The position numbers were made by a program, and so were the translations under genes. From the NCBI GenBank assembly GCA_036172245.1, contig JAYWIR010000004.1:4278001-4342000 (forward strand): a DNA stretch of 64,000 nucleotides, given 5' to 3'. The notes under the pieces were generated by a model. The model had not been told where the DNA came from and made no database searches. It saw only the letters and a list, made by a program, of their open reading frames with translations. Every line of letters begins with the position of its first letter. Positions within the stretch are counted from its first letter, which is position 1. This document shows positions 13,600-26,929 of this stretch, one piece after another. Origin of the DNA: Raillietiella orientalis (Eukaryota).

Positions 13600-16500
13600 A
13601 CCTCGATGCTACGGAATCACGGATTGCTAGGAGCAGAGCACAAAGGAATCTGTGTGCATCCGTTGTGACGTGTTTATCTTGGAACTTCTGCCCATTTTCC
13701 AAGGATGAAAATGCGCAGCCACAGCGGAAAGAGCAGCACTTGGATGGAAGAACAGTTTTTGGGACTGCATGGGACTAATTTATCTGAACACGGTCTTTGG
13801 ACGGAGCACGGGAACACTTGGCTATACGTAAATTTCTTGAGTTTGGTCGTTCCGTTTGTAAGCCAATGCATTCTCAACGTCGCTGTCGGAAGAATTTCAA
13901 ACCTCTTAGACATGGAGACAAAAGTCCGAACACCCAAAGTTAAGACAGCAGAACGCTGATGCTGATGCTTTCCACTCGTCACCCACCTGACGAGTCCATG
14001 GAAACGAAATACAAAGAAATTCATCTTCGTCATCTGTAGATATTACCATTAAGATATTCCTTGTACTTTACAAGCTCGCTTACTTCAACATTGCGAGGGA
14101 TTCAGCAGTCATCTTGCATATTAAATGAGATTTTGGTGATAAGTGGAGTCGTTCGAAAATCAAATTGAGTAGAAGAATTCAAAGAAAAAGTAGTTAGCAT
14201 TTCATATACCATAAATACTCAGCCAAATTCCCTTAAAATCTATTTAAATCACTTCCGGAAAATAAATTTTCTTTGCTTTATAGATGATGTTTGTACTTCT
14301 AATAATCTTTTTTCCTCCTTGTTTCTGCTTTATCTTTGTGATCATTCCACCGTCCAAGATGTATAGTGAATGCACTGTACTTGTGAAAGCTTTTCATTCT
14401 TCTGATAAAATTCTGAAGATTTTGATTTCCAAATAATGCTAGGATAGATTCTAGGATAATCCCGACCGCAGTAGCTTCGTGGGATGAAATCTCGCAACGA
14501 ACAGTGCTCCAAAAGTACTTTTTTTAATCAGCTTACTCATTGAATGCCTAATAAAGGCTAATTCATTTTGCTTTTCAAATTCCCATTAAGGTCAGTCACT
14601 GTAAATCCAAATCAATTGTACCTTCTCCTCTCAAATTGGAACCAGACTCCAGAGGAATACTCTTAACAGTATTGTCTTTGGTAAAGAACAGCCAGATTTC
14701 CCCTCTCTCGAATTGCTGCGCCATCCGAAACTGCATATGCATTGCACTGAATATTTTTTCGCATTTCATGCAATTCTCACCATTCTGTGGAAGAGAACCG
14801 CTAGCGTGCCCAGCTGTTTTGTGACTCGAAATCTTCAGAAAAATTGCTTGCGATGGGCATGGCAACTGACCAGGTATTGTCATTTAGTGCTGCTGAACTT
14901 CCATCCATCCAGCAGAGTCCAATCCGACTTATGGAGTTTCCCAACATTTGGGAAAACTTCAGAAACCGAGATGATTTTTGTGTTCCCCAGAATAACCGAA
15001 CCAAGTTTCCTGATTGATTGGATGCCAGGACAGTTTTGGATTCACCTGCAATCCTTGGACATTTGATCGATTTTTGGAAAGATTCTCAGAGAGGATTGAT
15101 TGTTCCACCACATAGAAATCGTGTCGTCCATTAAAGGTAAGTTCGGAAGATTTTGTCTTCAGGATTCCACAGACACAAACAACTTTTTTTCTTCATCTGG
15201 AGGAGCTTCCATTCTCTTAATGAAGGTCCGCTTCATGGGTGCATTTCATGAAACCAAAAGAGCCAAAAGCTGCTGCTCATACAGTTACTTGCTTAAGATT
15301 CTTGATTCATAATCTCCATTTTTTCATCTCATGGATGTAGCTCACTGCACATTTTGCTGAGAAGCTACTGTGGTCCTTCTCCTCTGGTTATTAAATCTCA
15401 CAGATGACTCGTTGTCGTTTTCAACCGCTGTTTCCAGATGACGGCCTTCTATCTTCACTTTATCCATGAGAAGCTTTTGCTGCTCCTGTGAAAGGTTGTA
15501 CGATCATCTTGAGCTTGTGATTTTAGAGCAGGAAATCTGGGGACAGTCATAGATTCAAAGTCGCAGTTCGAAACTTTCTTGGGTTCACCTGATGGCTATA
15601 GGGTGTTCTTAATCTTACTTTTGGAGATTTCCCAGAGATTCCAAAAGCGTTCGCACGAATTTCAGTCAGATCCCACCGAATTTTTTTAGAACTGAGAAAG
15701 TGTTTTTCCTACTTTGCTATTTTGCTGATCTACAAATGCTCCTCCTGTCTTTTAGACTGCTCGTTAAATGTGATTTGCTCTTTACTCTTTTGACTTCCAT
15801 TCGTGATCTCTAAGGAATACCACATAGAGCTTATTACACTGGTTGAATGCTTTTTCTGTTTGAAGGGACCCCGATTCCATCACTCAAATCCACAAAGTTG
15901 AAATCTGCTGCTGACCACCAAAGAATTATATCCGTATGATTGTTTGTGCTTTTGCAGGTGTTAATACCATTCATACCACCCAAAAACAAAAATTCAATTC
16001 TCATGAAACTTTCAAGTTCAAAGATGCATGCAAAACTTACGCCTACCATGCGTTGACGGTTGATATACTCACGGGGTGATTTCTTTTTCTCTCTCCATAA
16101 TTAACTCTTTGAACATCCCTGCTGGCATCCAAAACTTCGTGTCCATTAATCTCACGGTAGAAGAAACGATTCGTTCGAGTTCCTATAGATCCCTTTCGAC
16201 TTGGGGGTGATTTCCATCTGGTAGCAGATCCATTTGACAATGATGCGTTTACCTTAGTTTTGCCTGCAGATATCTGTCTGAAAAAAGCTGAAAGAGTTGG
16301 TTCGTCGAAAGTCTCCCTTCACTCTGAGAAGTTCAATCGAATATTCAGGAGTCACATCTCTCCTACCATTTGTTTCTAGAGCGGGGAGAGACTTTTTCAT
16401 TGCTTGCACTTTGCAAAGATCACTTGATCGAGATTAAAGACCACTTTGGAATCTCTGAAGCCATTTTATCTTTCCTTTTCAGCAGTCTTTGCGATACCTT

Positions 16501-17550
16501 TTCAGAGTCTACACTCACATGCAGAGCTGAGAACTGTAATGGTGTTTGAAGAATGCTGCCGATACACGTTGTTGCTGCTTTCGATCCATATTTATGGAGA
16601 CAAACTGCTGTTGTTCTAAGTGGAAACAAACCTTCCAGAGATGATGAACAAAACTCAAGTCCGTTTAATCTATTGCAAAATCACTGGAAGGCTACCCGAA
16701 GAAGACAAGCTTATGGTTGAATGAAATGGCCATTCTGTTTGAGCTGCTGAATTAACAGAATGAATAGGAATTTGAATCACAGCAAAACAATATTCTGATT
16801 AATAGGTGAACCTGCTGTATACGAGACATTAAGATGAAGTCGCTGGTCTTTGGACCGTCTTCATGAAGGAGCATTCTTTCTCTATTCTAAGGGTTGAAGG
16901 AGGAAAAGCTGTTCTATCGATCTACGAGCGCTCTCGTTTGGTTCCTCGAGCTATTTACTTGGTCATGGGCTGAACAGACAGCAACTGAATGAGTTCATTT
17001 TTCAAAAAATTTCCCCCTCTGCCCGTGCCACGCAACTTGCGCGGGAGTTCTTGTATGTTTCCCAACATATTGGGAGTACTCCATCGCCGAATGACCGACT
17101 CATCTTCAGTCCTCTCCCCTTTGTACGCTTCCAGAATCAGAGATCAAGAGGGCAATAGTCGTCGCATTCTGAGGCTCTGAGGAAAGCGCTCGAAAGAACT
17201 TCATGTTTGCTCGTTCCAAAAACTCAAGGAAAAAGGTGTTCACATGACAAAACGTTTTCAGGAAGTTGGCCGGTCAAAGGCTAGGAGAGCCGATTTCCTT
17301 CCCTCAAAGTGGCGTGAAAGGCAAGCAACACGGATCCACGCCATCTGGTGCGTTAATGAAGATCAATATTTGGGTTTCATAGAAACCGTAGAAGCATTCC
17401 TTCTCAGCATTTCATAAAGAAGAATTTCCCCCCGATCCCGCCATGGATTTCGTTACTTGGATGTCCTAAAAGACAAAAGGATATCTTGAAGGAGGTCAAG
17501 GAAGGAACAGAGGCTGGAAAAGAAAGTGAATTTTCTTTAGAAAGTGAGAC
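13600..17550 (-). mobile_element. Degenerate Ty3/Gypsy element
   Basis: Minus strand: RNase H-like LYEQQLLALLVS (~15250-15285), integrase zinc-finger-like PGQ..CMKC and PLESG..TIDLD (ORF 14596-14883), and a weak RT SAADF motif (~15905). Confidence 0.5.
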
Positions 17551-17899
17551 CACTTCGGACAGATGATGCGGACAGAATAGGTAAAAACAAAACTCTCCTT
17601 TTTACGTGGAGGGTTTATCATGTCTCTGTTTCACAGAGCATGTGGTTGAAAGGAGCCTTTTATGAGTCTCAAATAGAACAGGAAGAGACGGCGGGCAAGC
17701 TGAGAGTTTCCGGAGAATAAAGAGCCCTTATGACGCAAGCCAGCCAGGTTTACCATTCCCCCAGGATTTTTTGTGTGTTCTCATGTGATCGAGTCGCTCT
17801 GCGAGTTCAGCACCGCGACCTTTCAGCTTCCTTTTTTTCTTTTTTTTTTAGAGAACGAACGAGCTGCCCATCCCGTTTCTGGCTAATAAAAGACTTCAC

Positions 17900-19500
17900 G
17901 AAAGGGAAAGCGGGAGAATTTCAAACAAAAGGTGTTTTCGGGTTAGCCGGAGCTTGCATACTGGCGACGAGTCTTTAATTGCAAAGGGAAATCAGGGCGT
18001 TGAGTAAGAGTGCGTTTCCGGTGCAGAAGATGAGTGAGTGCAGAATAGTTCTTGCTGATTGATCCGACTCATCGTCTGACGGAGCTACGCGCTCTTCATC
18101 CGACTGAGGAGCACCGGCTCGGTGGCTCACCTGAGCTCGAAAACCGGCCAACACACTATAATAAAACACTTTGCCCTTACTGCGGGTGTTCGAAGTTTCG
18201 AACTACACCCTCCATTTGCGTTCAGGACATTCAATTCCGGAGCCAGAGGAGCAAGCTCAGCAGCTTTGAAGTGCACTCTCTAAGCAACACGAAAAAACCA
18301 CTGAGGTAAAAGGATGGATGAGATGCAGTATTTCCCGTCCCCTCCGCCTTTGATTTTGAAAGGAGAGACTCACTGCTAGCAGGCGGCGAAACCCAACCAG
18401 AATGAAAGAGCTGTTGCAAAGCATTACGCCGATACTTACAAGATGACCATCGAATTCATGATGATTCCATTCCTTCGGGGGGATATCCTGTTCCCTGTTA
18501 CTGATCGCGAAGCTCAGCAGCCAAGATCTCAGAGGAATCTTCCAATCCGCAATGATCGCGGGAGAAGATGAATCCTTGGATGCATTCTCTGTAGTCAGGG
18601 TCCAAAAGTTCTCAAGCTGTCTATCCGTTCGAGATGCAGAATCGATCCTGGGCATGTCTCGATCACTCAACTACGGTGAAGCTACGAGGGAAGGACGTCA
18701 TTGCTTCTATATCATGTCGCGTGTCAGATCACTCTGAGCCTGCACAAGTGTAAGAATCAAGAAGACAAACTTTTGCACGTATGTGGGAAAGCAGTGCAAT
18801 CAAAATGTCGGTGGCGCTTCTACGAGGGTGGTTCGCGGTCGATCTGAAGAGCAGCTCTGGACGTGCAAGTCTCTTCGAATCGCAGAGACAGAGACTGAAG
18901 GTCCTTCAAATCAAGTGTTCGTCAAGGAGCTACTGGCGGCTTGATAGAGTAGTCGACAAACAGGTCGTATGTTTATTTCCAAACTGATAGATGGAACTTC
19001 ATTTATGGATCTCCAGGATGAAAATTTGATGCTCGAAAATCCTCAAGTACGTGGAGATGAGAATTCGTTGCAAGGCAAGTCGCTGCTCGAAACAGATTAA
19101 AAATTGCAGCAAAGGTAAGCGAGAAGAACAGGGAAATGCAGTCGGAACGGATAATGAGTCTAGCCCGAGAGTCCTTAGGGAATGCCTGAGCATCGACGAA
19201 GGGAAGAATCCTTCCGAGAGTTTCTGAAAAAGGAGTCGCACATGGGCAGAATTCTTGCTCTACATGAAACTGCATCTAAAGAATTAACTACGTGTGACGA
19301 CCTTGCTGAGGTCGAAATTATCCTGGGAAGCTTTTCCTTTTTGGATGACAGTTAGCTTCGTGATGAAACGTTCCATTACTATGAGAGCCGCAATTCTCGA
19401 ATCCTAACCAGTGTGCCTCCTAAAGAAACAGGCCCTGGAACATTTTCTCCCTACCAACCGAACGTTAGGAATCACAAAGAAAATTGTTTAGTATGAGACA
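17900..19500 (+). mobile_element. Degenerate Ty3/Gypsy gag-protease-RT fragment
   Basis: Knuckle-like CPYCG..C (~18170), protease-like TIEFMM and FSVV..LSVRD..LG (~18445-18655), RT start SYW..DGT..D (~18930-19010). Confidence 0.5.
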
Positions 19501-20149
19501 GTCCTGAACAGCTGTCTCATTATGCAAATGCGAACACAAAGTCAGATCCTTACGATTAAATAAGTCCTCAAGAGCAAGGACAACCATGCAATGCGCATTT
19601 TGTCGAAAAGGTGTGCAGATTGTGGTTTCTGGAATCAAATGCCTGAAAGAAAAGTCACTTATTGAGCAGATACAAGTATCAGTTGCATAGGTAGACCCTG
19701 AGCAAAATGGAAATGTTGACCGAAAATAGAAATTCCAATTTCGGAGCCCTGCATATAACTATTAGAGAATTGTCTATCATTATTAACGCACTTGAACACG
19801 CGTTTACCACATGTCCACTCCTGAAGGCGTATTCCAAAATTTCAGATGCGAATAATAAATGCGCTTATATACTAATACTAAATAGTATACGTAATAATAT
19901 TAGCATATAATAATGTATACTTATGCATCAAATGAAAGATGATTCAGTGAGTATTTGGAAATAAAGTTCAGTGAATTTTCTTTCTGCATTCATGTTCATT
20001 ACTACACATTTGTATCCATTGCTGCTGGAAACTAACTGAAAAATGCTTCCAGATTTTTCACCGATGATTACATGGATTCTATTTGAGCGATTACCAGACA
20101 AATTTCCATAAAATAAAGTAGAAATGAATAATTATTACTCACAAGCGCC

Positions 20150-21950
20150 ACATTGTCTGGAGCCAAAAAAATTCAAGTCCGTGAAATATTTCTTCAATAA
20201 ATAAGCATGCGATCAGCAGATTTGTTTCCCTAGCAGTTTCTCAAAGATTCGTGGTCATACGCTGGTGTTGATTCTAAATTCCTCATGAAGGTCACGTGAA
20301 ATCGGCATCAAAATTTAAGAGCGTGCAGTAATTCAAGCACAGCGATCTGAAGAGAATCAACCGAACATTTTTCGGTAGAAACATTGGATTTTCAAACCAG
20401 CAACTAGCTTCATGGAAAAGTAGTGCTTGCGTGTGAGGGATGTGCTCTTGGGCAAACGAGATGGATCCTCCTCGAAGGTGCTTCCCAAGAATTCAGTAAA
20501 CGCTGAGATCTCAGTTCCTGACTGAATAAAGGATTCTACTAGAATAGAAGCAGCTTCGCGGCAGCACATAGTGCTTTTAGAGAGTAAATAGTCCTGGGCA
20601 CCGCGTACAGTGGTGTGTTTCTAGGCAGTATTTCTTTCATTTATCCCATTTGAAAGAAGCACTTGTTTTTTGCAATTTTCCTATCGCTAAAACTCATACT
20701 ACGGTTTGAGTTAAGAGCACCTCCAAAAGGAACGATGTTTAAATTGAAAATAAAGGGCTCTTGGAAGGGAAAGAAATGAAATGAGATAAGAACATTCATC
20801 AAGACCAACAGCCAAAGGAATGATGGATCCGATCTAAGGAGATATCCGAAGAGTCAACACATTGCAGTCATACAAAACGTCTTCATAAAGATAGTCAATC
20901 ATTCCCTTCCTTGGAGTTCCTTAATCCTTTGATTGCTGCGGTTGCAATTTGCACAAAAGCACTTGCTCCAAGCACCTCGTGCTTTCACCACAATGTTCTG
21001 CAAAACTCCAGAGATAAGGACTGCACCTTGCACCACGAGAACGCCTTTTGAGGTGTTTCGTGTTCGGTGTGTAACAACGTCTCAGGGGAATGAAAGTTCC
21101 TGCGAGAATAATTGGATGAATCCAGGACATCGAAAAGAAACGCTCATCTTAAGTGTCCTTCGAGCTTCCCTTTATAGTTCTTCTTGAAATAGTGAATGGA
21201 ACAATGGAACAGCACTGAGATCTCACCGTCTTTGCCATCACAAAGAGTTGTTTTTTTTCTCTTGAAGTAAACAAACCGTTGGCTTTTTCTTAGTATGGAA
21301 AAGCAGCCTCACAGGAATTTTTGGAGTGAGGAGAAAGAAAATGTGCCTTTGCTCTTTGGGAGACTCCAAGCGATGTGGTCGGGCACAACAAGCATCACTT
21401 TCGTCATTCGACTCTGCCATCAGCGTAACCAAGCGGAAAAGGTCTCCCATGAGAAAGAAAAGCGCTAAATGTGGGAGACACGTGAACACCGAAAAGCAGA
21501 TTGCCAGAACAGAGCTGGATAGTCAAGCGAAAGGATGACAGAGCGCAAAAGCTTGGAAGCATTTTGAACTAGAAAACGAAAAACATGACCTTATGGAAAA
21601 GAGCAGGACAGGCTGATTCTGGAGCGGTTTCGAAATTCTTCCATCCTTCGTATCCTTGGTCGGACGTCTACCGCAACTCGGAATCCGTAAGGAGGGAAAT
21701 GGTGTCCTGTAGAGTGATCCGAACTCCACGTACAGCAGTAATTCCAAACCTTGAAGTTGACTGAGGCGACAATTACAGGAGCAGCTGACGAGCGGGAAAT
21801 CTTCAGCAGGATGAGCGAAGATAATTGGGATGCAAGAAAAAAAACAACACCAGCAAGCGGAGACAGTCACGAGGATAAAATGATGAGGATCTAATTGCTT
21901 CCATTGGAACATACCGTCCTAAGAAACCATAGTGCTCGTCAAACACTCAA
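20150..21950 (+). pseudogene. Possible N-terminal part of the phenui-like L EVE
   Basis: Weak motifs only: IPHE (~20280), K..SQSFP (~20890), EL..SKP (~21720). Same strand and about the right distance to be the upstream part of the L core at 24-27 kb once the Gypsy insert is removed. Confidence 0.3.
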
Positions 21951-21989
21951 CAATCTGTTCATTCAAACACTCAAAGCACCTTCCCGAAG

Positions 21990-23900
21990 CAGAAAGTCCA
22001 GGTCTACCCGGCACGCACTTTCGCCACAGCGTTGTTTTCGGCAGACGTAAGAAGAATCTTCACGTGGAAACGGCGGTGGCGACGTGTACTTCTGCACTCT
22101 GAATCAGCACCAAGCTCCACATCACCGGATGCACCTCCCCTAAAAATCGAGTCAATCCGGTCCAGCTCTCGCGGAACGAAGGTCCGGCGCGGGGGAAACC
22201 GCCAGATTTCGGATCCGGGTCCCACGACCTACGAAGCTCCGTTTCCGCTTCCTCGACCCCCAACAGTTGCTGGAGCGACTTTGCGGCCGCGTCCTCATTT
22301 CACGATGCGCCGCATTTGCGTCAGCGCTGATCGCGCTCTCTGCAGGTGGCGCGGGCGTGGACGCTCCCTCTGGAATGGCTTCGACCTTCGGAAAGGCTTC
22401 CCACGAAAAATGCGCTTTTCCCCCATTCGGAAACCATCGAGATCCCTTCGAGAGTGCCTCCCACTACGCATCCGGCCGCGCCGTGGTCCTTGCAAGGCAA
22501 CTGAAAAGGAGCAGCATCTCCACGGTCTCCGTGCGCAACGAACGCGGAATATGTGGTCGCGAATGGCGCTTCCAGGGATGCCGTGCTGCCGACCTCCCAC
22601 GCACGAGGGCCCATTTCCGGACTGTCCCTAGTCTTTCCACACAGGCTGCGTGGAACGATTCCTCAGCGGATTTGTGGCTCCCGCCCTTCATGCACCACAT
22701 CAGCCGACGTCGAGCGCCGACTGGAGCGCTTTCGCCCTCGCCACCGCCCCTTCGGCCAGATGGCAGGACGATGCGAATCGCGAAGAACCCTTCGGATGCT
22801 CACACTCGATGCAAACTTTGAGCTCCTCGTCATTCCGCGATGGCGTCCGGAGATGAGAATCGACCCTTCAGCTGCAGTCATCCTTCTCTACGGTGTACGA
22901 AAACCCACCACCCGGAGAGGAGTTCCCGTTTCTCCCCGTCCCGCTTACAGTTCGGCGTCTCGGGTTCTGGTGCAGGTAGCAGCGGCCTCTCTGATTGCCA
23001 GCCGCCATCAGCCTTCGTCGCTTCATCGAACGACCCGAAGTGTCAGGACGCGATCGCAAACCCGCGAGGGTGAAACCCCGGGGGCTCCGAATCCCTTCCC
23101 AAAGTGGGTGTCGAGCAGAATCGTTGGGAAGACGCAAAGCGGATCACTACTGCGTTCTCCCCGAGCGTCCGATCAGCAGCGCTTTGTGGTGATTTGCTGG
23201 TGGAAGGCGGCGGCAGGGTCGGCGAGTCTGCCCGAGGCGGTTTTCCTTCGCGTGATCCGTGTGAAGTTCAACGGAAGCCTTCCACATCCTCCTCTTCCTT
23301 CCATCCTTCTGGTTCCCCAACCTTGCCGAGCATCCAAATTTCTATTGAACTTCCTGGTGTACCTGTAATTTTCCCGATTGCCGGTTCGACTTCTGGTTTC
23401 TTGGCTCGGACCTTGAAATTCGAAAATTGTTCCTGAATGGTGGAGCCAGTCGAGATAAAGGCGAGATAGATCCAGGCAGAAGCCCTAGCAGGAACTGTGT
23501 TGATGAAATGGATGAAGACTGTAAGCACGCAGGAGTGACTGACGCTACGAGAACCGCATCTCGGGGAAAATGGGAAGCCCGGTTAGGGAGGAATGTGAAA
23601 ATTGTCTTCTCGGTGGAGGAGTAGAAAGTGCTCGTTGTACCAACGAGGACGCTATCCACTTGAGAACAGAGTGGCAGACAGAACCTCAGGAATTCGAAAA
23701 TCTCAATCACCGGCAAGTTCGTTGAAAAATGAGGGGTGTCAAAGTGAGATCATCGCAGTCCCTGAAACGACCAACAGGCTCTGTGCACAAGGAGAACGAA
23801 TGAATTCCTCAACGCCCCTACCAAAGAGAAGTCATGAGGGTGGAATGAAAGGTTTGAGTGGCCCCCCGACTTGGTTTCAATAATTTCGTTTCCTGCATAC
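21990..23900 (-). mobile_element. GC-rich degenerate Ty3/Gypsy integrase region
   Basis: Minus strand: G..TV..NGP (~22610, SDNGP-like), RQHGI, TT.YS, and LDGFRMGEKRIFRGKPFR (ORF 22295-22600; L..YR.TP..G.SP.EL.FGR-like). Confidence 0.55.
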
Positions 23901-23949
23901 GGCCGTTGCTCATGGATGCCTCGGCTATGAGCTTGTACTACTGGAATAC

Positions 23950-26880
23950 TTGTACACCGTACAAAATTAATACATCCGTGAAAGATGTTTGAGCCTGAAG
24001 TGAACTACGCACAAATTATTCTTTGCAACGCATTAAGAGAACTGAGAGGAAAATTTTAAATCAGGGAAAGGGAACAAGAGAACTTGGTGAGGAAACGAAC
24101 GAAATGCTAGAGGAATGCGGATGGACCTTCGGAAACGGATGTCCATGAAGGAATATCTTACGTGGAGAAGCCATCCTTTTCATTGCGTGCATGCAAAGTT
24201 TCGTGATTCGAGTCATCATAGCTAGCAAACAAGACATTGGGGAGCACACCCGATTAATGCTGTGCTGGGTTCAGTTGAGCACACGTCACTGTTCTCACAC
24301 ATGATAAAGCACTTTGCTGTTTAGTATGTAATCCCTGGACATGGCGAACTAGGAGATTTGTTTTGAACTCGGTCACGACGGGTCGTTCATTCAAAATGGA
24401 TAAACACGCATGCACGTGGCTTAGAGGCACAAGGCGGGGGAGGCGGTCACGCAGGTCGGTAAAACGAGGCGATTTGTTGTTAAAAAGGAGTAAAGCTCCC
24501 AATTTGAGGTTTCATTCAAAAATGGATAGATAATACAGAACTGGAGGTACGAGTTAAGAACTGTTAGAACGGATCACATAATGGCTAGGAATCAAATTTT
24601 GGTGCATAAGTGAAAGTTCACCGGGAGATTGAGATGCAGGGAATTAAAGAAAACAGGATGGTCTGTAATCATAAATTGTGCTTGTTAACGAAGAATATCG
24701 AAAGGTATGAAAGGCAGCGCAAAAGAAGACTTCGCTGCAACGGCAAGCCCACACTAGAAAAATGAAAAAGCTTCACCAGATGAAGTTGATGCATTCTTTC
24801 TGCCAAGACAAAAACTTCCAGAGTTCAGCCAGATGACATGGTAACCGACTTATTAGAAAGGAAGTCAACAGCCTGCATATCTTCAGAGACATAAAGGCTG
24901 TCTTTATTAGCTAACATAAAATATGATGGGTAGAAAAGTAGGGATTCGTATAGCTGGGTAATAAAAAACAATTTATTCTTCTACCTGAAGCTCCATGGGC
25001 CGATTCGGGCAAACATTTGGATCCCAATGTTAATTCCTCCTTCATCACTGAGAAATCCTATCTCTCTAAGAAGCCAAATCTGGCAAGGCAATTTTTTTCT
25101 TAAAAGAATGAAAGCGTAGAAAAAAAAGATTTCGTTTATCGACTCCGCGATGTTAGCAGCAGAAAATGCTCCTGTTTCTGGTATCCCTACAAGTCTTTCA
25201 ACTTGTTCTGCATTACAGCTATTCGTTCTCCAGTTGAAAAGCTGATAACATGAAGACGCTGCGAAGCATTGGGTGAAATCGCAGCGAGTGGCGCAAGTTT
25301 TCCTCTTTTTTTTTATATGAGTGACTTCTATCATTTTTCCACATTTTCTTATTTTTTCTTCCATAGAACTGAGAGTGAAACGAGCATTTCGTATTTTGGT
25401 GATTCCCCTCTGTTGATCATCTGTAGATGTCCCTTTGAATCAGACGTCAATCACGGGGTCAAAGTTCATTCCCGTCGGCTAAGGATGCGGGAAGTCTGAG
25501 ACGCAGTTCACAGGTTTTGTTTCACAAGCAGGCTTCCTACTGTTCGAAATTGGAAAAGATGTTGTTTCGATGCTGAAGTCCATCTTTCAGAAATTCTCAG
25601 GTTTTTTCGTTTTCTTTCGTTTTGCAGACGTTCCTTTCCAGATGGTCAAGAGTATGCTCGAAAGCACTAAGCGGTGGAGCTTTCAGAATTCACTCAGTTT
25701 TGAGATTTTCAATTTCGATTCAGGGAAGGTCTTCATGTTTTTTTTTTTTTTGAAAGCTGCACTGCTCTTTTCTCCAAGCCTACAGCAGCCATACCTCCCT
25801 TGACTGAATCAAATATCGCCCATATTTCCGATCATGTTTTACGTGACCAAGGTAAAAGCTAGGGCGTCATCTGATTGCCTGATTGCTTCACACACTGTAC
25901 AGGCTGGGATTTCCTGTCCTGGAGTTCATTCTGTTTCAAATAGGTAAAATACGAATCAGTACGTGATGAAAAGCATTTGCCGAAAATTTCCTTTTATTTG
26001 TTCCCCCAAAGCTGTAGAGATCTTGGAGATTTCGTCCGGCATGTAACATCGTAAATTATTGTGATCTTCATAAATCCGAAAATTGAAGTTCAGGCTTACT
26101 GCGAAATTTGTTATTTAATCTGGTATTTGGTATGCACCATACTTACCTGGCTACGATCTAGAAATCCCCGTGCCAGTTGCAGATCCGATTTCAGAACATC
26201 TGAATCATCATCAGATGACCACCGACTCATCACAACTGTATATAGATGCCATATGAATAATCCATGATTGATGCTTGAAGAATGCCTTCTTATTTGGATA
26301 CTGTTCGAAAAGAACGAATTCGCTTCCAAGTTACCATAAATTGAATCTAAAATGAACATTCTTCCACCATAATTGCTATTTATTAAATATCGAAATCCAG
26401 CAAACAAGCTATTCCTTTTTTACGAAAATTTATTGAGCTACAGTTTCTGGAACAGTCTTTTTCGAGCACCTGAAAGGATTACTTTCCGTTTACTGATGAG
26501 CATGCCGTTTGCATGATGCAAATCAGCTGAATTCAAAGATACAGCTTCCTGCATGATTGAGAATGCTGTGATGTACGACTGTTCCTTGATTAGCAGAACG
26601 TATTTTTTTTCCAGACAAATGCATCTCCCTAGGAGGCGTCTCTGAAACTTCGAACTGCCACAGGAGATTCCATTCATGATTTTAATGCACTAAACTATGA
26701 AGAAAATGACACGAAGAGTAACGAATGAGTCCCGCTGCGTTCTTTCCCGAAGAATGAGTTTTCCTGTAGACATGTAATGTAAAAAATCCATGGGTCCTTT
26801 TTTTCTGAACCATTTTTCTACACTAGGATTCGAACAGCCTGATTCAGAAGCACAGCGTTTGTCTGAATTTGCATTCTTCC
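23950..26880 (+). pseudogene. Endogenous Phenuiviridae-like (bunyavirus) L polymerase core, degenerate
   Basis: taa cat gaa gac g ctg cga agc att (~25245) is a decayed QHGGLREI, followed by RVAQVF; KDAG (motif A, ~25484); SGM*HRKLL*SS (26035-26070, matching SGMMQGILHYTSS); SSSDD (26205-26219, motif C); FGYCSKR (~26295, motif D); NP..G.FFLNH..LGF (~26785-26835). Confidence 0.75.
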
Positions 26881-26929
26881 CCTTTCTCTTTCTTCCTACG
26901 CCCGTTTTGCTTTGCTGAATTTTTAACCA

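Noticed and set aside
25897..25935. QAG..SS as bunyaviral motif B
   Set aside because: SGM*HRKLL*SS at 26035 matches the consensus and the spacing to SDD better.
26111..26407. Minus-strand SSDDD as the polymerase motif C
   Set aside because: The flanking F, A, B and D motifs are on the plus strand.
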